Assembly (NCBI GenBank): GCA_028711065.1
Contig: JAQTSY010000003.1
Location: 65,136 to 129,135, forward strand
DNA length: 64,000 bases
Direction of reading: 5' to 3'
Source of the DNA: Minisyncoccota bacterium
GTDB lineage: Bacteria; Patescibacteriota; Minisyncoccia; Phycocordibacterales; JAQTLZ01
The notes beneath the pieces were generated by a model. The model did not search any database and had not been told where the DNA came from. It worked only from the letters and a program-made list of their open reading frames with translations. Shown one piece after another: positions 16,875 through 26,523 of this stretch (position 1 is the stretch's first letter; the number at the start of each line of letters is the position of its first letter). The translations under genes were made by a program, and so were the position numbers.

Positions 16875-19004
16875 CTAGACCAAGGAACTACCGGAAGTTG
16901 GGGGGGTCGGAGGAGGAGTTGGGGGTGTTTGCGGTGGCGGAGGAGTTTGATCTCGAAGCACCCCAGTAGTTGAAATGGTGTAGCTTTCTTTGATCATCCC
17001 GCTCTTGCCAGCGTGGATTGTCGGAGAAGTGAATACTTTTGTATAGGTTCCATCATCATTTTTCTTTTCAACCGTAATGTAGTAATTTCCGAATGGAACA
17101 AGACAGTAGTATCGGCCGTGGATGTCCGCTACTCGATGTGTCATTTCTCGGCCAAGACTTACCGAGAACACGCGGACGATCGCAAATGAAAGTGGCAACT
17201 TAGTTTCTTTATCGATAAGACTGCCAGTCGGTGTGGGTCGGAAGACAAAATATTTAAGAGCGAGCATAAAGAGATACACCACGAAGACAATAATGTTGTA
17301 AGGCTCTGGAGCAACAAGAAGCACGGCAAAAGCAATAACAAGGCCGACATAGAAGAAGATATTTGAAATTCTATGAATAAGAACATCGTGGCGAGAGTAG
17401 AATTTTGTGAGTTGTTGTTTCCCTTTTGCAAATTCGTTGAAGTCAAATTTCTGCGGATCGAGCGGAATATTTTTCGTAACCGTCTCCCCTGCCTGGCCAA
17501 CAACGATCGGCTCACCGAAATAGAGATCTTTGTAGAGAACATCTTCTGTCTTGCCTAGAAGTGCCTTGGACGGGAACGTATAGTTGGTTTTATTCGCAAC
17601 CAGTTTATACGTGCCCGGCTCAAGCAAGAATCCATACCGGCCATCAAGATCTGTAATTGAAGAAGTGATTTCCTCGCCCTTGCCGTCTTCGAGGACAACA
17701 TATGCAGGATCAAGCGGCTGTTTCGTCACAGAATCGTATACCACTCCCCATGGCTGGCGTTTTTTCTTTTTCAAACCAAAGATGCCGAGAAGAAGGCTCC
17801 ACAATCGAAGTGGCAAGAAGACCAACTCTGAAAACACGATCGGTGTCGCAAAAACAGCACCTGCCGCAGCACCCGCCTCCGTTACGACTCCAACACTCGG
17901 CAATACTTTGGTAAGTATCCCACCCGAAGGAGTCTTTATGACTTCTCGAACAGTAGTTGCTCCTGAATCAATGACGTTTTTGACTGCTGGTGGAAGTGGG
18001 GGAAGCGGAGGGAAAAAGGGTGGAGGCGTTGGTCCTGCGGCTGGAGGGGTCGGTCCTGGCGTACCTATAGTTGTGCCAATCGGCGTTGGAGTTTCGCCAA
18101 AAGGAGATCCGGAAGGTGTGGGAGAAGTGGTATCAGCTGGAGTAGGAGTTGGAGTCTCACCTAAAGGCGTGGGAGTTGGAGTTTCGCCAACTGGTGTTGG
18201 TGTTATACCGGGAGTAGGAGTTGGGGTTGGGGTTGGGGTGACTTCGGGGGTCGGGCTAGGGGTGACTTCGGGAGTAGGAGTTGGGGTCGGTGTGGGGGTT
18301 CCCCCTCCACCACCACCTCCGTGGGGAGTGGGGCTCGGAGTTGCCGTAGGAAGAGGATCTGTCTCATCATCATCAATACCGGAAGAACAACCCGGATCAT
18401 CGGGGTAATCAATTATTGTATCTCCGTCATTATCAATGCCATCGCTACATTGAAATGCTCGCGCACTCGCGGGTCTCCAATCTGTGGTTACCTTAAAATT
18501 CCCCACTCCCAAATCGTGTGTAGCCTTATTAAAAACAATCCAGCCGTAATTTTGACTCCAAGCATATCCATGAAAATCGCCGTTGGAGTCAATAGTCACC
18601 GGCGCCACACCACTGAAAGTCGGATGGAAATTTATCCAGCCAGTTTGCTCTCCCCAAGCAGCACCACTGCTACAGGCATTGTCCAAATTTCCTTCTCCAT
18701 CATTTGTCACTCCACAACCTGGCGGAGAGAGATTAATCCATCCGACGCGATCTCCCCATACGCATCCTGTAAGAGCTGTGTCCGTCACATGAACAACAGA
18801 AGTCACACAAGGAGTAGTGGTACCAGTCACACCAAAATTTATTGTCCCGAGAGTTGTGTCATAAAATTTCGCGAACTTATTTGTAGTATCAATAGTGCCG
18901 TCTGTATGAGAAGCAGAGGCGTGAGATGCAAAAAAAGTCGCTCCAAAGAGAACAAGCGCGGAAAGGAAAAAGATGCGTTTCATCGTAGAAGAAAGAAACT
19001 TCAC
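16875..19004 (-). CDS. Cell-surface protein with Pro/Thr linker, TM helices and carboxypeptidase-regulatory-like domains
   Basis: GTG start, signal peptide, repeated GWI motifs, [18 protein letters not shown] repeats, [21 protein letters not shown]. Confidence 0.75.
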   Translation of the reverse strand: MKFLSSTMKRIFFLSALVLFGATFFASHASASHTDGTIDTTNKFAKFYDTTLGTINFGVTGTTTPCVTSVVHVTDTALTGCVWGDRVGWINLSPPGCGVTNDGEGNLDNACSSGAAWGEQTGWINFHPTFSGVAPVTIDSNGDFHGYAWSQNYGWIVFNKATHDLGVGNFKVTTDWRPASARAFQCSDGIDNDGDTIIDYPDDPGCSSGIDDDETDPLPTATPSPTPHGGGGGGGTPTPTPTPTPEVTPSPTPEVTPTPTPTPTPGITPTPVGETPTPTPLGETPTPTPADTTSPTPSGSPFGETPTPIGTTIGTPGPTPPAAGPTPPPFFPPLPPLPPAVKNVIDSGATTVREVIKTPSGGILTKVLPSVGVVTEAGAAAGAVFATPIVFSELVFLPLRLWSLLLGIFGLKKKKRQPWGVVYDSVTKQPLDPAYVVLEDGKGEEITSSITDLDGRYGFLLEPGTYKLVANKTNYTFPSKALLGKTEDVLYKDLYFGEPIVVGQAGETVTKNIPLDPQKFDFNEFAKGKQQLTKFYSRHDVLIHRISNIFFYVGLVIAFAVLLVAPEPYNIIVFVVYLFMLALKYFVFRPTPTGSLIDKETKLPLSFAIVRVFSVSLGREMTHRVADIHGRYYCLVPFGNYYITVEKKNDDGTYTKVFTSPTIHAGKSGMIKESYTISTTGVLRDQTPPPPQTPPTPPPTPPTSGSSLV
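17990..18350 (-). repeat. Coding Pro/Thr-rich low-complexity repeat
   Basis: TPTPTP / GETPTP iterations in the translation; boundaries approximate. Confidence 0.8.
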
Positions 19005-19085
19005 ACCTCTATTGTACTATGAAAAAAGGAGGCCTTTTAGAGAAATGTGGAAAAGCCAAACAACACCATAGGAAAAACAGAAGGT

Positions 19086-19781
19086 TTATTTTCGAGCCTT
19101 CCACTCATCAATTTTTTGATGATGGCCAGAGAGAAGCACTTTTGGCACCTTATATTTTTTACCCTTATGAGTGAGCACTTCCGGCCTTGTGTAGACTTCC
19201 GAGCTTGAAACACGCGATTCTTCGAGAGAATTAAAATTGCCGAGTACTCCGGGAATCTGACGAGAGACGGAGTCAATAAGAACCATTGCCGGAAGCTCCC
19301 CTCCTGTAAGCACATAATCCCCGATTGAGATTTCTTCAGCCTTAAGAATTTTCTGCACTCGTGCATCAATTCCTTCGTACCTCCCGCAGATAAGAATTAC
19401 GTCTCCTGACATGTGCGCTAAATCTCGCGCTTTTTTTGTTGTAAATTTTTCTCCGCTTGGTGAAAATAAAATTATTTTTACTTTTTTCTTACTCCCTTTT
19501 GCTTTTGCAACAGCTTTCAAAATTGGCTCGGCTTCCATGACCATCCCTGGGCCCCCGCCATACGGCTTGTCGTCTACTCTTATGTAAGGGATAAATTTTT
19601 TACCATTCTTTCCTTTTGGCAATTTACCCCGTAGGAAGCTCCGCTTTCCTACTGGGGCGAAATCCCGAGGATTGTAAAATTTCACAGAGATTTTCTTTTC
19701 CCGAATTGCGCGAGCAATAATAGACTCATTCAAATATGAGGCAAAGCTGTCTGGAAATAAGGTAACAACATGAAAATTCAT
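19086..19781 (-). CDS. trmD: tRNA (guanine37-N1)-methyltransferase
   Basis: VDDKPYGGGPGMVM, LICGRYEGIDAR, SIGDYVLTGGE. Confidence 0.97.
   Translation of the reverse strand: MNFHVVTLFPDSFASYLNESIIARAIREKKISVKFYNPRDFAPVGKRSFLRGKLPKGKNGKKFIPYIRVDDKPYGGGPGMVMEAEPILKAVAKAKGSKKKVKIILFSPSGEKFTTKKARDLAHMSGDVILICGRYEGIDARVQKILKAEEISIGDYVLTGGELPAMVLIDSVSRQIPGVLGNFNSLEESRVSSSEVYTRPEVLTHKGKKYKVPKVLLSGHHQKIDEWKARK
19627..19657. repeat. Palindromic element in frame inside trmD
   Basis: CCCCGTAGGAAG CTCCG CTTTCCTACTGGGG; encodes PVGKRSFLRG. Confidence 0.7.
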
Positions 19782-19832
19782 TGTGCTACTCTAACACAAT
19801 TTTAGATTTTTTCAATACTGTGGCAGAAAAGG

Positions 19833-20993
19833 CTATTCTTTTACAAATCGAATCGAAACCGGAGTAGAACTCTGTATCTCTATCAAAGCGTGCTCATAAT
19901 GCGCAAAACCATTCTTATCAATCTTTGCAGTTCCTCTCTCCCGAGCAAATGCGAAACCTGGTATTTCTTCAAGAACATTCTCTGATTTGAAACCACTCTG
20001 CAAACCAATAGCAATTAATTTTTCTCTCGTAATCGCAGACCGAACCGAAGAACTATCTTCGTCGGTAACAGACTCAACAATCACAAAACTGCCTCCGGAT
20101 TTGAGAACTCTATGAACCTCCTCAAAAACCTGCCTTATATTTTCAGCCCCATGAAAATATGAAAGCAGAGAATGGAAGAGTCTATTCGAATAAACGTGTT
20201 CCATACTCTCTGTTTGAAAAGGCAGGTTACGGGCATCTGCTCTTGCGACAAATTTTCCTTCTTGCGGATCCTGACCAAGCGCCCCTACGCTCTTGGGGTG
20301 TATATCTATGACAAAGGATTTTATATCTTTATTAATTTTTCCAGCAAAATTTGTGAATTCGTGCGCCGAATAGTGCCCAAGAGAGCCAAGAAGAAGCATG
20401 TTCCCTTCTTTTTTATCTCGCAACCGGAGAACTTCTTCTGGGCCGATTAATTCTAAATAAGTTGGCTCGTCTGTGCCAAAAGTGGCGCCATGATTTGCAA
20501 CATAATCGTCCAGAGTTTTGTCGATTTGAGGAACTCCTGTCCTCTGTCCATGAGCCTCGTGTTTACAAAATTCCTTGAAATTTTTTGAAGTATAGCCCCT
20601 GTTAATTGCCTCTCGATATTGAAGCTCAGTAAATTCAGGCGTGGATATTTTTTCAAGGTCATACGTTTTCCCCCATCTTTTAATATTCAGAAAATTTTCG
20701 AGTCTCTTCGGTGTTGTCTTTCCAGATAGTATTTCCTTCAGGACAGGAGCAAACTGGTCTGAACTCTGAGCCATAAATTCCAAAGCTGCTCGCCCTTCAT
20801 TACCCCGCTTCAAAAGCCCCTGAATGCCCAAAAAGAGTTTTTCGTTATCTCTCGGAGAAGAGTAATAATCTGAGTAAAGCTGCTGAACCACATCCTCGGT
20901 GGAAGCGTCATCACGAAGAAGCCTAAAAATTTTCGGCACTTCTTCAGATTCATTCTTTCCGAGATCTCTGTCCTGAAATCCTGGTTCTTTCAT
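19833..20993 (-). CDS. Class I SAM-dependent methyltransferase-like protein with N-terminal extension
   Basis: FVIDI, ADARNLPF, EVHRVLKSGGSFVIVE. Confidence 0.75.
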   Translation of the reverse strand: MKEPGFQDRDLGKNESEEVPKIFRLLRDDASTEDVVQQLYSDYYSSPRDNEKLFLGIQGLLKRGNEGRAALEFMAQSSDQFAPVLKEILSGKTTPKRLENFLNIKRWGKTYDLEKISTPEFTELQYREAINRGYTSKNFKEFCKHEAHGQRTGVPQIDKTLDDYVANHGATFGTDEPTYLELIGPEEVLRLRDKKEGNMLLLGSLGHYSAHEFTNFAGKINKDIKSFVIDIHPKSVGALGQDPQEGKFVARADARNLPFQTESMEHVYSNRLFHSLLSYFHGAENIRQVFEEVHRVLKSGGSFVIVESVTDEDSSSVRSAITREKLIAIGLQSGFKSENVLEEIPGFAFARERGTAKIDKNGFAHYEHALIEIQSSTPVSIRFVKE

Positions 20994-21071
20994 GAGTATA
21001 CTTTAGCTTATTTTTTTCTTGGTGCAAATTTTTAAGATATTCTTTCGACTTTGGAACTTGAAAAGCATTTT

Positions 21072-21884
21072 TTATTCTTTTCTAAACCTCGCGCCGAAAG
21101 TAAACCCTGGGAAATTTTTGAGAATAAAGGCACTGTGATAGTCTGGATTTCCCTGTGCATCAAACTTTGCTGAACCTCTCTCTTTGGTGAATGGAAACTC
21201 GATCAAATCATCTAGAGTTTTCAGAACCTTAAGACTATTCTTTCCTGCCAGAGAAATAAGTTCTCTTTTCATTCTTGTACTATCGTGCTTTTTTGCAAAA
21301 TTTCCGTACAAATCTTCTGCGATAACAAAACTTCCACCTCGTTTCAGTACTCGTGATACTTCCTGAAACACAATTTCGATGTCTCTTTGGTGTCCGCTTC
21401 GGCTCACGAGATCGTGAAAAAGCCGATTGGTAAAAACGTAATCAAAAATTTCCTCGCCAAAGGGCAAGTTGCGAGCATCGGCCTCCATGACATTTTCTGT
21501 ATTTCCCCATTCCTTCTTAATTTTCTCTGCAGATACAGGATCAATATCAACGACAAACGGTTCTATTTTCTGGGAGATTTTTTCGGCAAAATTTTTGAAT
21601 TCTCGGGCAGAATACAACCCAAGCGAACCTAGGAGAAGAAACTTTGCCTCCCCCACCACACGAAGACGTAATACTTCTTCTGATCCAACAAGCTCGCAGT
21701 AGCTTGGCTCATCGGTTCCAAAAGTGACAGCTTGCGTCACAAAATGCGTATCAAGTGTGTCATCAAGTTGCGGAATTCCCGAAACCACACTTCGTTTTAT
21801 TTCTGTTTCGATAAATTCTTTTTTACTCCCGTTGTAACCGCGTTTGAGAGCTTCTTCATAGATATGGGAAATGTATTCTTCCAT
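21072..21884 (-). CDS. Class I SAM-dependent methyltransferase-like protein (paralog of neighbour)
   Basis: VVDID, ADARNLPF, EVSRVLKRGGSFVIAE. Confidence 0.75.
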   Translation of the reverse strand: MEEYISHIYEEALKRGYNGSKKEFIETEIKRSVVSGIPQLDDTLDTHFVTQAVTFGTDEPSYCELVGSEEVLRLRVVGEAKFLLLGSLGLYSAREFKNFAEKISQKIEPFVVDIDPVSAEKIKKEWGNTENVMEADARNLPFGEEIFDYVFTNRLFHDLVSRSGHQRDIEIVFQEVSRVLKRGGSFVIAEDLYGNFAKKHDSTRMKRELISLAGKNSLKVLKTLDDLIEFPFTKERGSAKFDAQGNPDYHSAFILKNFPGFTFGARFRKE

Positions 21885-21992
21885 GTATACACTTTAGACC
21901 ATTCCCGTCTTTTCTCAAATTTTTTAGTTTAGCGACAAATATCCAATAAAAAACGAGGCTCGTCATAACGACGAACCTCGCAAACGCCACAT

Positions 21993-22922
21993 TTACAAAC
22001 TATAGTACTTACCCTCTCGGCCAAATTGGACCTTCGCGCACAGAGGAGCGAAAAGCTTCTGGACTTCGCCTTCAAACTTTTCGAGGTCTCCCGTGTGCCG
22101 CTCAGGATCATGGTGCCCGATAATGAGAGTACCGATCGGTTCCTTACAAAGCCTCACGACTTCGTAAAGCATTTCGGGCGTCGAATGCCCCCAACCTTTT
22201 CGAGGCATCGGAGCGCCACCGCATATTCCGACCGTACCATCATACTCACGCGCACGGTACTGCAGATCGTGATAGAGGATCTTTGCTCCCGAGAAAAATG
22301 CTGCGCATTTTTCTCGGTACGTCGGATCCTGTCCGATCTCATGATCTGTAGTGACAGCGATTGCCCCTCGAGCCGTCTCCACTCTGAAACCCAGAGAGAA
22401 ACCAGGAGACTTGCGCACCACATCAAAGCCGTGGTTTTGCAAATATGTCGCCACTTTCACAGCACCGAGATCAAGCAGAGATTCGGGCATAAAGATTTTT
22501 GGTCTTTTCGTTTCCACTGGTCCGACCGGCCAATCCATAAACGATCTCTGGAAAGTGTCGGCAGACTGTCCGAGAAGTCTCGGCCAGAAATACTCTTTGA
22601 GCATTCCCGCCGACTGCCCCAAGAATGGATTTCTGTGGAGCGTATCGATATGGTCTTTATGTTCGTGAGTTTGAAGTCCGTAGACAGCAGGAACTTCGAT
22701 GAGTTTCAGGAATTCAGCAACGTCAGTAATGCCGCTTCCCGAATCCACAAAGATTCCTGTCTCGCCCGCCGCGATGCCAAGCGACGTCGTATGAATGCCG
22801 AAACGACCACGTTCGAGAGGAGCTTTGAACAGCGTCTCCCCTTGAAACCACATCTTCTGAAACGCTCTCGGGCTGCCTGAACCGGACACGCCTCCGAGAA
22901 ACAATCCGTACCTGTTGGCCAT
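21993..22922 (-). CDS. Metallo-beta-lactamase-fold hydrolase (phosphodiesterase-like)
   Basis: VDSGSG, THEHKDHI, TDHE, GWGHST, GHHDP; SD AAAGGAGG. Confidence 0.85.
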   Translation of the reverse strand: MANRYGLFLGGVSGSGSPRAFQKMWFQGETLFKAPLERGRFGIHTTSLGIAAGETGIFVDSGSGITDVAEFLKLIEVPAVYGLQTHEHKDHIDTLHRNPFLGQSAGMLKEYFWPRLLGQSADTFQRSFMDWPVGPVETKRPKIFMPESLLDLGAVKVATYLQNHGFDVVRKSPGFSLGFRVETARGAIAVTTDHEIGQDPTYREKCAAFFSGAKILYHDLQYRAREYDGTVGICGGAPMPRKGWGHSTPEMLYEVVRLCKEPIGTLIIGHHDPERHTGDLEKFEGEVQKLFAPLCAKVQFGREGKYYSL

Positions 22923-23030
22923 GATAGGCCTCCTTTCCGGGCATGATAGCCCTGTTTGTAAATGCTTGTAAAAGAACCTTTTCGCATTTCCTCTTTCAAT
23001 GTACCTTTTCTAGGCAGACTCACAATGGGT

Positions 23031-23051
23031 TTTGTCGAAAATTTGGACAAA
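23031..23051. promoter_or_regulatory. Candidate operator between divergent genes
   Basis: TTTGTCGAAA A TTTGGACAAA inverted repeat with one mismatch. Confidence 0.35.
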
Positions 23052-23078
23052 TTTTCCATCTTGCGCTACACTATAAAT

Positions 23079-23825
23079 ATGAAGCCAGAAAATCTCGCCC
23101 TCGCCTGTGGTTTAACAAAGAAATCATCAAAAGCCTACGCCGCACTTTCCTCTCTCGGAGAAGCTACCATGGCAGAGATTGCACAAGCTTCGGGTGTAAG
23201 GAGGACGACCCTCTATTCCCTACTTCCCGAACTTGAGAACTCTGGAGCAATCTACGAGGTATTACGCGGGAAACGAACATATTGGAGAGCGATTGCACCC
23301 GAAGAGTTGGTCAAGCTGGCTGAAGAAAAGATCCGTGATGCAACAGCTGTAAAAGAAAATACTTCGACAAGAAAAAGAACTGGCGGACTCCCGCGTGTTT
23401 CTTTCCTATCAGGACCAGCGGGATTTAAGCAGATCTGGAATATGATATTCGAATCAAAAGAGCGTGAATACCGAATCATCACCGATGGAAGAAGTTTTTT
23501 GGATTTTGTGAAAGAGAAATATATTCTTGAGGAAATTATTAAAGAAAAAAAGAAGCTTTCTATAAAAAGCAGGCAGATAATTACGGATACTCACTATGCA
23601 AAAAAGATTATTGAAAAAGACGCCATGGAAAATCGCGTCTCTCGCCTGCTTCCGGAAAAGCATGGGATACTCTCATTCACTGAAATTATTTCGACAAAAT
23701 TCGTAGCTTTTCTCGCGCGGAGATACGAAAGTTCTCTCTTTATTGTCGAAGATCAAAAATTCGCAGAGACACGGAAAATGCTTTTTGAAACACTCTGGGA
23801 TTCACTTCCTCCGCCAAAACCATAA
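23079..23825 (+). CDS. TrmB-family transcriptional regulator
   Basis: GLT..S.AY.AL..LGEAT.AEIA..SGV.RTTLY..L..L HTH; start at MKPENL. Confidence 0.85.
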   Translation: MKPENLALACGLTKKSSKAYAALSSLGEATMAEIAQASGVRRTTLYSLLPELENSGAIYEVLRGKRTYWRAIAPEELVKLAEEKIRDATAVKENTSTRKRTGGLPRVSFLSGPAGFKQIWNMIFESKEREYRIITDGRSFLDFVKEKYILEEIIKEKKKLSIKSRQIITDTHYAKKIIEKDAMENRVSRLLPEKHGILSFTEIISTKFVAFLARRYESSLFIVEDQKFAETRKMLFETLWDSLPPPKP

Positions 23826-23844
23826 TGCTTTCGTGGAAAGCTTT

Positions 23845-24381
23845 TTAACTAAGGGTTTTGCGTAATTCTCTCCAATTTGGGATCTGTTTTGCAACCAATG
23901 CCCAAAAGTTGCGTGAGTGATTGAACTCACCCAAATGGCAAAGCTCGTGGACGATAATGTAGTCGCGATGTTCTGGCGGGAGAAGGGCGATTTTGTAATT
24001 GAATTGCAAATTACCCTTCCGCGACGCACTTCCCCATCGGGTTTTCTGGTTACGAATCGAAACTTTTTTATATTGAAAATTGTAGAACTGATTGAAATGT
24101 TCGAGACGAGAAATTGCGAGCTCGAGCGCCGATTTTTTAAGCCGTAAAAAATCGGCGCGACTCGATTTGATATGAATTTTGTGTTTCCTCTTTTGAAAAT
24201 ACAAAACTTTCTTTTCGATCCAGCGGCGTTTTTCTTCGAAAAACGCCGCAAGTTTTCGCCCCGAATACCCTACCGGCATAACGGCTCTTACCTTTCCGTC
24301 AACTTCGACAATAACCCGCAAATGCCGAGCTCGCGGACTTTCTTGTATTTCTACCCTCTCTCCCAAAATAGAAATTTCCAT
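23845..24381 (-). CDS. YgjP/DUF45-like zinc metallohydrolase
   Basis: RNQKTRWGS, DYIIVHELCHL..NHS..FW. Confidence 0.9.
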   Translation of the reverse strand: MEISILGERVEIQESPRARHLRVIVEVDGKVRAVMPVGYSGRKLAAFFEEKRRWIEKKVLYFQKRKHKIHIKSSRADFLRLKKSALELAISRLEHFNQFYNFQYKKVSIRNQKTRWGSASRKGNLQFNYKIALLPPEHRDYIIVHELCHLGEFNHSRNFWALVAKQIPNWRELRKTLS

Positions 24382-24644
24382 TATTTATTTCCCTTCATCC
24401 AAAGACGTTTAAAGAGAGAAATTGAAAGCGTAGAAAGAAGAAATCCAAGTGTTGGCACGATCGCATTTACAAACGGATTCGGCAAATGAGCAAAAGTGAA
24501 GAAAAGGACAACAATGATGTACGTCAAAACCGCAATGAGTATTTTGCGGGAAAGACTCGTCTCCCAAGCCTTATCCATCTCAACACGAGTATTCCTTTCT
24601 TTTATCTCTCGAATATCTTTTTTTATTTGTTCCAGCTCGTCCAT
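24381..24644 (-). CDS. Small two-TM membrane protein
   Basis: ERNTRVEMDKAWETS plus two hydrophobic helices; coupled to the next gene; start taken at MDELEQ. Confidence 0.7.
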   Translation of the reverse strand: MDELEQIKKDIREIKERNTRVEMDKAWETSLSRKILIAVLTYIIVVLFFTFAHLPNPFVNAIVPTLGFLLSTLSISLFKRLWMKGNK

Positions 24645-24698
24645 ACAGTTTTTCAAATTTTAACACTTTCGATAAGAAAATACGAACACGAACCTATT

Positions 24699-24820
24699 TG
24701 AAGTCTAAATTTTCGCAAAGTTCGAGGCAACAAAAAATTTCGCGACCACGCTGTAGTAAACCTACTGCACGGAAGCGAAATTTTTTGGTAACGATGAAAT
24801 TTGCTAAATTTAGATCTTCA
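24699..24820. repeat. About 120-bp imperfect palindrome (REP-like) overlapping the khpA stop
   Basis: Outer TGAAG(A)TCTAAATTT arms, perfect 13-bp CAAAAAATTTCGC/GCGAAATTTTTTG, central GTAG..CTAC. Confidence 0.7.
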
Positions 24821-25136
24821 AATCCGCCATCGCTTCGTCAACAGACTTCATGTTGGGAGTCTGTGAAGGATACTCCTTCTTCATCCCACCCTCTGGTTCA
24901 TTAATCTTGAGATTAACCCGAGCATTATTTTTCATCCCAACAACTCGCAGTAGTGTTCGGATAGCTTTTGCAGTATTACCCATTCGTCCGATGATCTTTC
25001 CCATGTCAGCTGGATTGACAGAAAGAGTCATGAGAACTCCCATCTCATCCACCGTTCGCACAATCTTTACATCCCCTGGATTATCTACTAAAGCCTTCAC
25101 TGTATACTCGAGAAACTGCGTGTCTTGTTCGTTCAT
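24810..25136 (-). CDS. khpA: KH-domain RNA-binding protein KhpA
   Basis: LVDNP.DV, DMGKIIGRMGNTAKAIRTLL; rpsP-trmD context. Confidence 0.9.
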   Translation of the reverse strand: MNEQDTQFLEYTVKALVDNPGDVKIVRTVDEMGVLMTLSVNPADMGKIIGRMGNTAKAIRTLLRVVGMKNNARVNLKINEPEGGMKKEYPSQTPNMKSVDEAMADLKI

Positions 25137-25220
25137 GATATTTGCCTTAAACCTCCACTTTTTTAGTGTGCGGTCATTCTTGTAATAGAGTAATGATAAT
25201 ATACTTCAGGAAAAAAATAA

Positions 25221-25249
25221 AGACCTCTCAAAAATCCTGAGAGGTCTTG
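25221..25249 (-). terminator. Terminator after dapA
   Basis: AAGACCTCTCA..TGAGAGGTCTT followed by a T tract on the minus strand. Confidence 0.7.
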
Positions 25250-25290
25250 GTTCTCGTACACATAACGAAGGAAGGAGGGTTGATTGCCAT

Positions 25291-26214
25291 CTATTTATAG
25301 AGAAACGAGGCGACTTTAGGAGCTTCGGGGATCGGAAGCCCAACCTTTTCCATTTCCGCCACAACAGCGCGAAAAGTGGATTCGGTTGGCGCGACCATCG
25401 GGGAGCGCCATACCGGCTCAAGATGCCCGAGAACCGCCATCGCCGTCTTCACCGGAATGGGATTCGTTTCAATAAACATCGCTTTACAGATCGGGAAGAG
25501 ACGCAAGAACTTTTCTCGCGCGTGCTTCCACTTCCACTCCCCCACAAGCGCCGCGTGCACCATGTCGGTCGTCTCGCGGGGCATGATGTTGGAAACAACA
25601 GATATGACTCCGCATGCTCCGACGCTCATCATCGGAAGGGTGAGCGTGTCGTCGCCGGAAAAATACTTCAAGCGATTACCGCAGAGAGCAATGTCTTGAA
25701 TTGTCTGCTCCAGGCTTCCCGTCGCCTCCTTGATGCCCACGATATTGGGATGAAGGGCAATTTCCAACATCGTCTCCGGCGAGATATTCACGCCAGTACG
25801 GCCGGGAATGTTGTACACAACGACCGGTAGGCCGACATTGGCAACTTGCGTAAAATAGTCGAGCAGGCCGGCCTTGGTCGGCTTGTTGTAATACGGCGCA
25901 ACAACGAGACACCCCTGTGCCCCGACCTTCTTAGCGTTGCGGGTCAGGTCAATCGCTTCCTGCGTGCTGTTGGAACCCGTGCCGGCAATAACCGGAACAC
26001 GTCCGGCACTTTGCTCAACAACAATTTCGATAACGCGGATATGTTCCGCGTGAGAGAGCGTCGGGCTCTCCCCTGTCGTTCCGCACGGGACCAGAAAATC
26101 AATGCCCTCCGAGATCTGCCGTTCAACAATTTCTCGCATTGCCTTCTCATCAATCGAACCATCGTTTTGGAACGCAGTTACGAGCGCTGTTCCACATCCT
26201 TTGACGCTCCACAT
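25291..26214 (-). CDS. dapA: 4-hydroxy-tetrahydrodipicolinate synthase
   Basis: GTTGESPTL, PYYNKP, YNIPGRTG, GIKEATG, SGDD, ETNPIPVK. Confidence 0.95.
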   Translation of the reverse strand: MWSVKGCGTALVTAFQNDGSIDEKAMREIVERQISEGIDFLVPCGTTGESPTLSHAEHIRVIEIVVEQSAGRVPVIAGTGSNSTQEAIDLTRNAKKVGAQGCLVVAPYYNKPTKAGLLDYFTQVANVGLPVVVYNIPGRTGVNISPETMLEIALHPNIVGIKEATGSLEQTIQDIALCGNRLKYFSGDDTLTLPMMSVGACGVISVVSNIMPRETTDMVHAALVGEWKWKHAREKFLRLFPICKAMFIETNPIPVKTAMAVLGHLEPVWRSPMVAPTESTFRAVVAEMEKVGLPIPEAPKVASFLYK

Positions 26215-26309
26215 TTTCCTTCTCCTTTCCCTTTTCCTTCGTTTTTACAAAGAACAACCTCTCCCGCTGAGAAGCTGAATTTTTGTAACGAACGTTTATT
26301 TTTCCTTAC

Positions 26310-26441
26310 AAAAAATCACCCTCTCAAGAGTGAGAAGGTGATTTTTCTAGTGTTAGTTTAGAGAGATGTTTACACAAAGAAAGATGCCTTCCCGCTCGAA
26401 AGCTTCTTTCCCTTTTTTGAAATAAACATTTTCACGATCAT
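26310..26441 (-). promoter_or_regulatory. Lys-rich leader-peptide attenuator (MIVKMFISKKGKKLSSGKASFFV*, 26370..26441) with terminator 26310..26346
   Basis: 6 Lys codons; GAGCGGGAAGG/CCTTCTCACTC antiterminator; AAAAATCACCTTCTCA CTCT TGAGAGGGTGATTTTTT terminator; TGCTACTAT -10 six nt before ATG. Confidence 0.8.
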
Positions 26442-26482
26442 AGCTTAATAGTAGCAAGGGCCAAATAGCTGTCAAGGAAAGG

Positions 26483-26516
26483 AAAACCCCCCACAAAAGC
26501 TTTTGTGGGGGGTTTG
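26483..26516 (-). terminator. Palindrome/terminator after rpsP
   Basis: AAACCCCCCACAAAAG CTTTTGTGGGGGGTTT. Confidence 0.7.
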
Positions 26517-26523
26517 AATTTTA

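Noticed and set aside
26215-26480. Lysine (L-box) riboswitch before dapA
   Set aside because: There is no recognisable L-box core or room for its multi-helix fold; the leader-peptide model explains the sequence
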